Position numbers and translations under genes: made by a program
Notes under the pieces: model-generated
The model's database searches: none
The model's input: the letters and a program-made list of their open reading frames with translations, nothing else
Told to the model about the DNA's origin: nothing
Part shown: positions 32,318 to 43,475 of the stretch, piece after piece
How positions within the stretch are numbered: the first letter of the stretch is position 1
How the letters are laid out: each line of letters begins with the position of its first letter
Assembly: GCA_004764695.1 (NCBI GenBank)
Contig: SMSO01000006.1
Location: 1,379,859-1,443,858, forward strand
From: Schizochytrium sp. TIO01
Lineage: Eukaryota; Protista; Bigyra: Labyrinthulomycetes
Reading direction: 5' to 3'
Length of the DNA: 64,000 bases

Positions 32318-33217
32318 ATGGGTGCAGTTGAAGAAATCTCACTCTATGATCACGAGGTCAAGATGGGCAGCAGACAGAAGCGCCCAATGCCTGAAGAATG
32401 GTACGACCCTTTTACCCACCATGAACTCTACTCTACGCCTGCATTTGATGCATTTGAAGAAGAAACCTACAAAGAGAACAACAACAACAAAAACAAAAAC
32501 AAAAAGCAAAGGTGCTTGACATCAAGCTACGAGAGTTTCACAGAAGAGGACATCATCATCGGCAGGCAAGTTATGGATGTCTTGGGTGTCTCACCGGATG
32601 ATCTGCTCAAAGACGACGCTTGTATTGCCGAGATCGTTTTCCCCGATATGAGCTCCATGAGCGAAGACGAATGCCTTGACCTACTCTCAGAAGTCCACCC
32701 GATGAACAGCGCTGCAGATATCATGCCTGCACAGTCTGACTTTAAACCCACCATTTACGAGACCCCCTCCTCCCCCCTCGCATATGAGATGTCTTCCCCC
32801 TCTTCAGCACTGCCACGCATTATCCAGGGTGGCTATGAAGTACTTTTGCAAGACACCTCTCTCTTTGTAGGGCCAATCACCACTGGACCCTGGCGCAACG
32901 AGGAGGAGAAGCTCTTGCTCCACATTATGTACAGTTTCATCGATGCGGAGCTTCGCACCATGGCTGTTGTAGCCTGGAAGTCTGGCATCCACCGCCCTAA
33001 GCGCGCGATAGATAAGAAAATCAAGCGCATCCTGCGCTTCAACAAGTGGCGCGAACGCGATGTCCCCAGTGCACAGCAGGAGATCCTTCGACTCCTCAAA
33101 GAGAAGAACTTTGGCCCTATCACCCAGGAACAGTACGTAGAGCTCAACAGGGTTCGCGACGAGCTCCATCTTCTTGGGCTCCCCTCGTTTCCCCTTTTGA
33201 CCCCCGATGCCTTTTAA
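32318..33217 (+). CDS. Putative Myb/SANT-like helix-turn-helix protein (candidate transcription factor) with acidic/Ser-Pro N-terminal region
   Basis: First ATG at 32318; strong coding-like codon bias. TTGPWRNEEEKLLL resembles Myb helix 1 (GxWTxEEDxLL) and HRPKRAIDKKIKR resembles the third helix. The family call is tentative. Confidence 0.55.
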   Translation: MGAVEEISLYDHEVKMGSRQKRPMPEEWYDPFTHHELYSTPAFDAFEEETYKENNNNKNKNKKQRCLTSSYESFTEEDIIIGRQVMDVLGVSPDDLLKDDACIAEIVFPDMSSMSEDECLDLLSEVHPMNSAADIMPAQSDFKPTIYETPSSPLAYEMSSPSSALPRIIQGGYEVLLQDTSLFVGPITTGPWRNEEEKLLLHIMYSFIDAELRTMAVVAWKSGIHRPKRAIDKKIKRILRFNKWRERDVPSAQQEILRLLKEKNFGPITQEQYVELNRVRDELHLLGLPSFPLLTPDAF

Positions 33218-33994
33218 ATCCTTCCTACTGTATCCTATTGTTCCACTCTTCGATCTTTTCCAAAAGACTCGCGACGAATGACCGGGCGCTCCTCCGCAAG
33301 TAAACAAAAATTGGAGCACCATGTTATACTATATATTTTTCCACTTTGTAATTACTTTCATAAATATTCTTTCCTATCGTATCTGTCCATTTCAAAGCTG
33401 ACTTATTTGCATCTCGCATTGGAGCCGCAAGTTAGTAGAGATCCAAACCATAGAAGGGTTCGAAAGGGGAATAATCAAATTAGGAGAAATAACAGGTTAA
33501 AAACAGTTAGGTGTTTTAAATGTTTACGTGAGTGCTCGAAATTTGGGGGATTGCTTTTAGGATCCTACATACCTCAACTGAGTTTAATACGAATTGAAGG
33601 GAAAAAACAGTCACAGGGAGAAGGGATCCTGAGTTTCGTAAATGTGTATGCTGTAAAAGCTGTAAGTAATATTTGAACATGATAAGCGCATTGAGCGCAA
33701 GGAAAAGCAAACGAAAGCAGCCCACATGCGTGGTAGGTATACATACATACGTCCACCACACGCTTGAAAGCTTCTACTCTACTAGGATTGGGATATCTGA
33801 ATCAAATTTAGGCTCTGCGAATTAACGAGCCAACTGAGCCAAAGTGAAATATATATATCCAAAAGAAGAATCTGGTCGATTACAGGCAGGCCTGAACTCC
33901 TGCATGTTTGTTTGATTGTCTTCTTGCTTCCCAGGTACCTTAGTCTTTTTGAAGGGGTACTTTAGTATGCCGTCCCGATTCCTCTTTAAACTGT

Positions 33995-34894
33995 TTAAAG
34001 AGCAAACTTGCGCTTTGATGTCTCGTCCTGCTTGCGCTTGTGGACCCACTCGTACTCACCGTGCTCTGTGTCAAATGCATCAGACATAAGCCAGCGCATC
34101 TTGAGAGTGAAGCGAGGACCAATCTCGTGCAAGCGGGCCTTCTTACCATCCTCCGTAAATTGGTAACGATGGTGACGTACAAAGATAAAATCACGTTGGT
34201 TGTGGAAAGTTACCACGTTTCGGCCGCGGAACTCGGGCTCGTGGTTAAAGAGTGAGCCGAGGAAGCGACCCACACGATGACCAATACGTGTTTGGAAGCG
34301 GTTCAAGATGATCTCCGGCAAGTGATCAGATTTGGTTGCATGACCCCGAATATCCTTAGCATGCTTGATACTGCTGACCTTGAAAAGCATGGTAGGTCCC
34401 ACCGGCAGATGAATTACGAGCATTTGGTTGCACTCCTTGGCCTTCTCACCGAGGACAACAAGATGAGTGAACTTTTTGTTGTGGGCCCACTTCTTAATAT
34501 CATTGAGTGCGTACTCACGACGCGGGTAAAAGAACGCGTTAGGGAACATGATCATAAGGTCAGAGATGAATTTGAAGAGAGCGCCCGACGGCCGAGGGCG
34601 GGTGGTGATCATGAGCTTGGGCTTTTTCATGTTGCTAAAGTATTCGGCAAATTCATCCTGTTCCTCGTCCGCAATGACTTCATTGTCATCGGGAGCCACG
34701 ACAGTATCATCTGGTTCACGCTCCGTGTCCAATGTCTTCGGGGCTTGCTTAGGGGGTGCCTCTTCGCCAAGCTCCTCAGCCTCGCGCTTCCGCTTCAGCT
34801 TGCGCTCCTTCTTAGCCTTTTCCTTATCAACCTTAAGACGCTGGCGCACCTGGGCACGCTTGGCCTTGTTACGAATCAGGTTCACGTCCACCAT
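33995..34894 (-). CDS. RPF1: Ribosome production factor 1 (Brix domain)
   Basis: PPKQAPKTLD, DEFAEYF, PKLMITT, HLPVGPT, PEIILNRFQTRIGHRVGR, VVTFHNQRDFIFVRHHRY, LHEIGPRFTLK and the C-terminal RKFAL are typical of RPF1. Confidence 0.95.
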   Translation of the reverse strand: MVDVNLIRNKAKRAQVRQRLKVDKEKAKKERKLKRKREAEELGEEAPPKQAPKTLDTEREPDDTVVAPDDNEVIADEEQDEFAEYFSNMKKPKLMITTRPRPSGALFKFISDLMIMFPNAFFYPRREYALNDIKKWAHNKKFTHLVVLGEKAKECNQMLVIHLPVGPTMLFKVSSIKHAKDIRGHATKSDHLPEIILNRFQTRIGHRVGRFLGSLFNHEPEFRGRNVVTFHNQRDFIFVRHHRYQFTEDGKKARLHEIGPRFTLKMRWLMSDAFDTEHGEYEWVHKRKQDETSKRKFAL

Positions 34895-37232
34895 GGTTTC
34901 TAGTCGCGATCAAAGAAGATATCGAGAAGCTACCTTCGGTTTCCAGAGATCCTCAGTATGTGTTTGCCGATTGATCAAGCGCTATCAATCAACCAATCCT
35001 AAGCAAAGTTACACCCGGCCCAGAAGTCTCTGCCGATAGCTCTGTCGCAGAGTCTGATCTTTACCCACAAAGTTTTTGCGAGTTTACTCACAACCACGTG
35101 CAACTGTTAAGCTAGCCTCGAAGCCGCTTTGACTGGTCCCGAGCGTCTGGTTCTTCCCTCCTTCCTATAATAGAACTAGCTAGGGGCAGCCCACCCGATG
35201 ATGTCGCACTCTCGCGTGCCGCTTCGAGGACCGATCGAGTCGACGCACGCCTCTCGAGGTCTTTCCAGCGATTGTTCTTGCTGCCTCTCCGCAGCCCCCT
35301 CGCGCTACCTCGCAGACCCGCAATTCTGCGCTTTCCCGACTCAGCGTCGCCAATTCCTGCCTTTGCTTGCCTGCTCCACCACCGCTTTCCTTGCCTGCGC
35401 AACCCTTTTTCCATTTTGCACAACCCTTTTTCTCCATCTCCCTATTACATTCCCCTGGTACCCACAATTCTACAATGCCCCCCATATCATATGCGCTATT
35501 TATGATGCCCATCTGCCTTCCCAAACTACCCCCAGGCCTGCCTTCGCGGAATGATTTTCATTCATTGGGAAGAGCTATGTAGGGAATAGGAACTCTTAGG
35601 CGCCGTATGAGCGATACGTTTGCTGGTAGTAGTAGTTAGCGCTCTTTAGGAATCAGTGGCGGAGGTAAAAAAACAATCAATCAAAAAAACATCAAAAAAT
35701 CAATCAAAAAATCAATCATTCACGATGAACTAAAATAAAAAATCATGACTGAAATGCGCTGTTTTTAGCACATTGGGTGCAAAGTCGATGTCGATGGCAG
35801 TGTCTCTGAGCACCGAAGGCACCGAAGGGAGCACGGGACTGCAGGAGAGAGCTGGAGCGTGGTGGTTTGGTCTGGAGAAGAACGAGTTCTGCGGCCACGG
35901 GTTCGAGCTTTTGCAAATCTGGCTTGGAATCGATTCCCCTCTCAACGTCTAGTTTAGTTTAGTTTAGTTTAGTTTTATTTATTTATTTATTTATGGTGCG
36001 GGATCTCTAAGTCTGCAGGAAAGGGCCAAAGCTGCCTCGCTTTGAGGCAGGCTCGGGAGGATCTTGAGCTAATGAGGCACATTTACACTCGCGAATTCGC
36101 AGCGCCTGCGAACTCATTCATTGGTTCATGACACGCAATCTTCATCGAGAGTTGAACCTGAGATCGATTGATGGAGTTTTCACTGTTCAATGTGCATTTG
36201 ATTAGTTTGATAAGTAATATTGCTTTTTCCAACTAGGTGTCCTATGGTTACCTCTATCTGCCACGACTAGCCGGCGAGGAAGTAGATCAAAGTACACAAA
36301 GCCTGAAACAATGAAACAAGCCAACTCAACAACTGCAAGCGAACTAAATCGTTCCTGATACACTCAAAATCGAGCTTTCCCACCGCGACCTTGGACGCTG
36401 CGGGGGCCATTCGAGGCTTCACTGAGCAACGTATCTGCGAATCTCGAATTCTTTCGTCAATCTGAAGATTGTAACAGTCTCAATTTAATTCTGCTTTTCG
36501 ACACTACTACCGGTTACTAATAGAACACGCTATGCACCCTTTCTCTTTTTTTCTTTGCTTTTGTGCTTCAAAGAAGGAAGAAATAAACGTAGTATACTTC
36601 ATATGCCATATATAGATAGGCATATATAGGAATGAAAGTTCTAGTTCTAATTAAAAATTTAAGTGAATTTTAAAGTTCTTTCTTCGTTTAGTAATATTTG
36701 TTGGTTATTTTCGATTTAGTTAGATTTTATTCATTATAATTTTCTCTTATACTATTTTTCTCTGATATGGTGTTTGTTTGTTTCTGTTTTCGATGGCGTC
36801 GTTGCTGTCGCAGCTGAGCAAGCAAACCCCGAGACAGACTACAAGGAGGCGACGGACGAGGGCAAGCTGCTGGACCAACCAGGCCTGGCGCATAGGGCTC
36901 CAGGTTTGCTGCCAGTCACCCACCTGCACGCTCAACGACGTACATCATAGCAGCACAGAAATAAATCGCTCTTGAGGACAACCTCGACGACGTGGAAAAG
37001 GACGTGGAAAAGAGCGTGGCAAGAACAAAAGAGGGGCGTCTGAGGGCGCTCTGAGAATCGTGCTGTGTCCTGAAGAGAGAAGACAGAGGAAGCGGCGCAC
37101 AGAACTGCAAGAGGAGGCGTGACAAGAGACATTGCAGACCATTGCGTTCTGCGTCACTTCTCAGCACAAAGCAAATAATCATTGGCGCCAAGATCGCTGA
37201 GTTGGAGGTCGAACTCAAGCATTTTGGGCAAG

Positions 37233-37964
37233 ATGAGTGAAGCCGACAGACAGAAGAACAAGGGCGATGCGCTCAAATCCAAGGCATCCAAGAGCACGAG
37301 CGCTCTTGCAGCACTCGTGAACGAGGACCTTGATGATGACGATGATGATGATGACGTGGACGACTTGAGCCATGGGGGGCGCTTGGCCAAGTCCACACCA
37401 ATGGAGCCCGTGCTGCGCGGAATCATTAAGGTGAAGGATGGTAAATTGACGTGGAATGGAAATTGGGCCATGTCCAAGGAACTTTTTGCGGCCAAGGACA
37501 GGTCCAAGTTCAAGTACACATATGTCGGCGACGAGAAACGATTGAGTGCAACAAAGCCACCAAGTGGCAGGTATTCCGGCTACTTCCTGGTTAAAGAAGG
37601 GTCTTCTGCCACCAAGGTCGTGGAGAAGAAGGTTAAGCTCAAGTTTGAGCCCCAGGATGGCGGCGATGGTCTCATGAAAGTCTCGGGCTCTGGCAAGAAC
37701 CAATTCGGAGAGTTCTCGCTGGAGGGAAGGTATTGGCCTGAGCATGGCAAACTCAGTGTTAACAAGCTGTACAGGTCCCCTGATGAAGACTATGCTGAGG
37801 AAGAAGATGACGATGACGATGGCGCAATTGAAGAGGAGGATCCCGATGAAGTTGCAAAGGAACTTGCTGACCTTCAGGCCGACGCTGATGAAGATATTGA
37901 GCTTATCCGAAAGCGCATACGTGAGCAAGAGGACAAAGTATCTCGCAAAAAGTCAAAACAATGA
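37233..37964 (+). CDS. Uncharacterised small protein: Gly/aromatic beta-rich domain flanked by acidic tracts, with a basic C-terminal NLS-like end
   Basis: ATG at 37233 (the track start at 37182 is TTG). Strong GC3 bias with antisense shadow ORFs. Core segment LRG..LTWNGNWAM..SKFKY..PPSGRYSGYF..VEKKVKLKF..VSGSGKNQFGEFSLEGRY; ends RKKSKQ. Confidence 0.85.
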   Translation: MSEADRQKNKGDALKSKASKSTSALAALVNEDLDDDDDDDDVDDLSHGGRLAKSTPMEPVLRGIIKVKDGKLTWNGNWAMSKELFAAKDRSKFKYTYVGDEKRLSATKPPSGRYSGYFLVKEGSSATKVVEKKVKLKFEPQDGGDGLMKVSGSGKNQFGEFSLEGRYWPEHGKLSVNKLYRSPDEDYAEEEDDDDDGAIEEEDPDEVAKELADLQADADEDIELIRKRIREQEDKVSRKKSKQ

Positions 37965-38760
37965 GAACTCGGCTCTCTGTGTTGAACAAATGACTTTTCC
38001 CGGCAATTGATACCCTGGCTTTGACCTCCGTTGTTATGCCCACAATCCTTTCATCTGCACTTCATCACTCAGTGGCAACCCACAGCCTATACTATTCCCC
38101 TGGTGGATTCGGGGGGGGGATCAAACAAAGTATCCAGTCATCTACTATGACTACCCTGCGTGTATTACCTCTTCGTACAGCTCGTGCCGCTGCGCCCAGC
38201 GCCCAGCGGTTGTATTTGCAAGTTCGCTGCTGGTTTCAAAGATATGCCCATCTTTGGCAAGCATACGCGAGCCTCTCCACGCCCCCTGTATGCTGTAGGC
38301 TTTACATCTGTAAAAGGTGGTCTTAGTTCACCCTTCTAAATCTTTCTGCTCCTCGCCCACTTCATGTGCGCTTCGTTGATTATACACTTTGCAACCAACA
38401 TATGAAGATGGTTGACAGAAGTTCTTGTTTTCGTTTTCTTTTTACATTTTCTTCTCAGCATAAACACCTTCCGGCCCAATGATTTTCTGTTTCTTCAATT
38501 TTTCAAGTAGAGTATGCTCTCAAGATTTTATTTTTTTGCAAGATCCGGTCTTCAGGAGAAGAGGGAGGGGATCCCTTATATTCCCCGGCGCGCTCATAAA
38601 TCTACAACTAGTTGCTCATCGACGCTTTAAAATGTTCACCAAGAATCAAGTAGTAGGAAAACCATTTTCTTTTATCTTCTTTCGTTGTTTTAGCATTTAA
38701 ATTTACCTTCTCTTACGACTACATTACTGGACTCAACTTGCAGGACAAACATGAAAAAGT

Positions 38761-39718
38761 TCACGGAGGTGTCGGCCAGACAAAATTTTTACCCTCCTGA
38801 AAGCGTTTTGAGCGTCGTTTCTTAATATCCATCAGAGAAATGTTTCGCATAAATGCCTGCGAGAAAAACTGAACTGGTACAAGCACGGAGCGATCAAAGT
38901 GCTCCCGCAAACGCTTCAATGTGACACAATATACACAAGTCTTTCGATCGTGGCCCCGGCTGGCCGTAAACGGGCAAAGCTCCATCAAAACAATTTGCAT
39001 TCGATCGCTACCAAAGTCATCGATCAAGTCATGCATGTGATCAGGTCCCACAAGGCTGTGCAAACTGTCAACTTCTTTATCTTGCTGCGATGTCATTGCC
39101 TGAAACAGGTAGTTCATGTCACGAACCTTCACCGATGGATACCGCTGCAACCAAGCTTTGACAATCGGACTCCACATTTCGTTTGTTACAAGAATGTAGT
39201 CAAATAACCCAGACATTGAACGATCCACCTCTTTGCCAGATCGCACGCGATTGACAGTATTCAAATCAGCATGCTTTAGCAGATAAGGTGCTTCATCAAC
39301 CCAATGCCCCGCTTCATTTGACGCTTCAATCCACCGCGGTTCCACAAGGGCGCTGCCTTTAACTAAACCAAATAAGTATTTTGGCGACACTTTGATGTGA
39401 GACATGCCATTATCATCAGTGCTTGTTGGTTTTACAATCACATGTGTTGCCCGGGTATCTGCTTGATACAAATGCAAATACTTCCCACCCAAACGCTCGA
39501 TCCACTCTTTGCAACGATGTATATCTTCGTCAGAGCTTATACCTGTGATTAAAATCTGAGGCTGGGTAGAGTCTTGTGTTTCTGGTGCTGACGCAGAAAG
39601 AGTGTCATTGCTTGGCACACCATTGAGTTGAGCAGTTGGGTTTGATTCAGCTTCACCCTGAACACCATGCGCACTAGCTACCATGTCTGTAACTTTCGAG
39701 GTTGCAGTTGATTGGGCT

Positions 39719-39755
<37 letters not shown>

Positions 39756-41709
39756 CTTCGCCCTTATCCACTGTTTTCTCACATTGTAAACTTGCGGGGC
39801 TATCATCATGGTTGACAGTCACTGTAACTCGCTCTGAGTTAAAATGAACTTGGCGCGGAGAGACAATCTTAGTTTTGTCTTTGGTCTCCCCTCTGAGCTT
39901 AGATGCTGCTGCTAGGGGTGCCGTAGAGGCAGTGAAAGAAGCCCTTTTCACCAACCCGTCAAATCTTGCCTGTCTCTCCTTTAGACGTTGCTCGACTTCG
40001 TCTAATTCTTCGAATGCTGTATTGCGAGAGTTTGGCTGCTTTCCTGAATCCGATTCTTGCGACTTCTTGGCTTCTGGTGACATGGCTGAAGCTGTCATTT
40101 CGTTTTCGCTTAATTGACTCTTGAGTTCAGGCAGCTTAAATCGAGCCTGTCGATCTTGTAGACGTTCATGTGCCGCAGTAAGTTCTTGAGTAGCAGATGG
40201 AGGAGAGGAATGAGAGGAAGATAGCGAGGTAACTGGCGGTCGTACCTCCTGGTCTTTTTGAGCTACAGCACCCTTTATTGTCTCCAATAGTAGCTCCTGG
40301 TTTACTCTTTCACACCCATTTTCTTTTGAGCTAGTCTTTTGCTTTTCCAATTCATTTGAGCCATCTTGGTCATTTTGCAAAGTCTCAACACTGGCTTGTG
40401 GGGCATTCTGTTCTGCCTCTTCCTGGCTCCCAGCAGGCAAATGCGTATCCACCTCGATAGGGAATTGTGTCGCTTCTACCGATTGCACGGATTCAAGAGA
40501 TTGCAGTGAGTGCTGATTTTCTTGTTCATCACGCCTTTCCAATGGTTGCTCCTCAGATACAACAGGATTCTGCACCAACACTTTTTCAGAATCGTTGTTT
40601 GGAAGTTTCTTAATATCCCCTGGCTCGCTTCCTGCAGGCTCTTTGTTATTATCCAGTGTATTTTCTTGATTTGAGCTGGCGAAATCTTCCTTGCTTCGGT
40701 TTTGAGAACTGCCCTCTAAACTACCTTCGTACTCTGGAGCATCTTTTTGCTTATAGTTTGACTTCTCTTTTTCCCCAGTTATAAATTCCTCAGAAGAGTC
40801 TTGCAATGGCGACGTTGCTACCCGTTGTTGTGACGAAGACTGTTCTTTGTCTTCCACTTGTGACAGTTGATTCAATTGCTTATCGCCAGCCTCGAGTTCT
40901 GTACCAACAGTGTCTACGGACTTTTCATCTACATTAGATTTCGGTCCTTTGTTAGATCGAGGATCTGACGATATCCCTTCCACTTCACCATCTGTTTCGA
41001 ACAGCATCGATGTTTGCTGTTTCTCTTCCGAATTAGAATTCGATGGATTGTTTTCATCCTCAAATTTGTCTTTCTTTTCACAAATCTTTGCTGTTAGTGG
41101 TGTCTCTGGATTGGTGTTGCCAACTTTTGCAGAAGGTGTTGTGGCAACATGGCAGCCCTCAACGTGCATTCTGGTAGCTCGGTCGTCTAAATCGTCCTTG
41201 ATCTCATCCATTGTCTCTGCTGATGCGTTTGATGGCGAAATAATCTCTCCTCGAAGTCGTTTTGCATCATCCTGCTTTGCATCATCTTTCTTTGCAGGGA
41301 GAGTTGACATGCCTTCTCCACGAGAAGTGCTCAATGTGGTTTCCTGCTTCTCCGAATTTGTTGCTTCGGTGGAAATCGCATCCTGTTTGCGCTTTTTATT
41401 TAAAAGTCGTTTCTTGCGTCGTCTAGTTTCCAGCCGGTTCAAAGCTGCGCGAAGTTTACTAACTCCTGAGACAATACTCGCAAATGTCGGATTTCGGGCC
41501 AAGTCGCGTGGATGTTGCGGTAACTTGCACATTGGGCATTTGCTTTCATTAAAGAGGGCCTCTTCAATACAGTTTTTACAAAAGTGGTGCTCACAGTCCG
41601 TAGAGTAAGGATTATCCAAAAGCTTGTGACACAAACCGCACTCAAGAAGGTTCTCCATTGCTTGAAGGTTCTCAAGCTGCATGGACGCAAGACGAAAGTT
41701 GGCCGTCAT
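38761..41709 (-). CDS. RING finger plus BRCT protein, BRCA1/BARD1-like
   Basis: N-terminal C3HC4 RING (CGLC..CEHHFCKNC..CPMC) with flanking helices, then a long disordered linker. C-terminal BRCT signature: ILITG..LGG..ATHVIV..KYLFGLVKGSALVEPRWIEAS..HWVDEAPY. Confidence 0.8.
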
Positions 41710-43377
41710 GGTGCGATCGTTAGGCTGGAAAAACTACCACCACAGAATGCCCAAGATTGTCCAGGCCTCAACAGTGATTGTTTTGAGACAACAATGGCCT
41801 TGTGACGGCCAAGAATAGCTTCTAGTCTTCTCACTGGCTCTGTATGTTCTGCAAAGCTTGCGTGGGCTTCTTCTCTCTCCACTTCGTTTCGTAGAGATTG
41901 TCGCAGTTAGGCTCGTCAATCACTAATTGAAACCTTTAGTCAGGAGTGAAAGAGAAGTCGAAAGGTTCTCGCTAGCGAAAGATTTGCCTTCAAGCTGGTG
42001 CTAGGCGTGAAGACGCCCTGGATAGCAACTTGCCAACGCTGCCGCCTCCGCTCAAAGCAGAAACTGCCTGCGCAAGTCACACGATGAATGTGACTGCTTG
42101 AAGAGTTGCGCAACCCTTTTTTTAGTTGAAAAAACAAACCAAAAAAACATTAAAAATTTAAACCATGAAACAGAACAGAACAGGCATAAATAGAACATGG
42201 GAATTAGCCATGTCGCCGATTCATGAGCTGATTGATTTCTGGAGTGTTATTTAGCGTTTTAGTTTGAGAGAGTTACAAGTAAGCCTTTGCCTTAAAACAT
42301 TTTGGTAGATGCATTGTATTGTGAGATCTGCAAGTGGCTTTTGGACTCTTGGCCTCGTGAGCGGAGCTGCTTTTGCGACCGAGACATTCTTTCCAAAAGC
42401 AAGACTGTGCCTCAGTGCGCCGTATCTAGCTGAGCCAAGAGATACTAATCACGTACTAGAATACATTTTTTATGGCGTGCAAATAGACACTCGTATCTAC
42501 TGATCTAGTTAATTATAGTGAAGAGGATATGTGCTTTGTAGTTCTCAGTGCCAAAACATCAGTCTCAGGCATGCAAAACCTGCAGGCAAAAACTCGGACT
42601 CCCTACTTCTCATAAAGGACAGTAGTATCACCCCTCTTACTTCATCACTTGTCGTTGGTTGAAAGGGTCTGGTACCGTGTGAAACTTGAATTGCCTCTCC
42701 ACCAAATGTGCCTTCTTACATTTTCGTTTCCAATGGATTGTCGTGGTCCTGGAACTGGAACAAAAACACGCATCATCAAAACGAGCAGGTCTAAATTTAG
42801 GATCGACTCTGAAGAGATCGACCATGCATTTGGTTATGAAAGAACCGTACCTAGCTAGTATGCATATGATTATGTGTTATCGTCCTGCGGAGTCGGCAAA
42901 GACCCTTCGGGTTATTATTTATAGAAAACCGATAAATATGTGTAACCTCGAATCTTCAAACCATGTTAAACGCTACTACGTTTTGAAGATTGATTACGTT
43001 TATTTCATCTTACCACCATCGTGCAGGGCACCCGAGGATAAGAGCTCCTTGCCGGCTTGCCTTGTGGCCTCGTGCAAGTAGCCGAGGCTCCCAAGACGCT
43101 CCGAGCTAGCTTTGCTGGGCTAGCTAGGCAACCTCCCTGTGCGTTCGACGGACTCACCATCGGTGCAAGTACCTTGTCGTTGATGCCCAAGCATTTCGTC
43201 GACTCCAAGCCCGTGCTCCACCCGTCTCCGCCTCGAGGGCTCCGCTGCTGCTTCCCACTCATGCACAGAACATTCAATTCATGCACAGAACATTCAAGTC
43301 GCCTTTGGTCACTTAGATACGCGTATGCTACACCACAGAATATATATATATATGTACACCACAATGCACGATCGATA

Positions 43378-43475
43378 TGAAAAGAAAGAAAGAAAGAAAG
43401 AAAGTAAGAAAGAAAGTAAGAAAGAAAGAAATAGATACATTGATAGATACATTGATAGATAGATACATAGAGAAA
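43378..43475. repeat. (GAAA)n / (GATA)n compound microsatellite
   Basis: Directly visible. Confidence 0.9.

Noticed and set aside
34277-35039. 208-aa and 163-aa plus-strand ORFs overlapping RPF1
   Set aside because: Antisense shadows of a codon-biased gene; no motifs.
22402-43300. Isolated 12-20-bp tandem duplications (~22402, ~24677, ~43259)
   Set aside because: Two-copy slippage products without spacers; not CRISPR-like.
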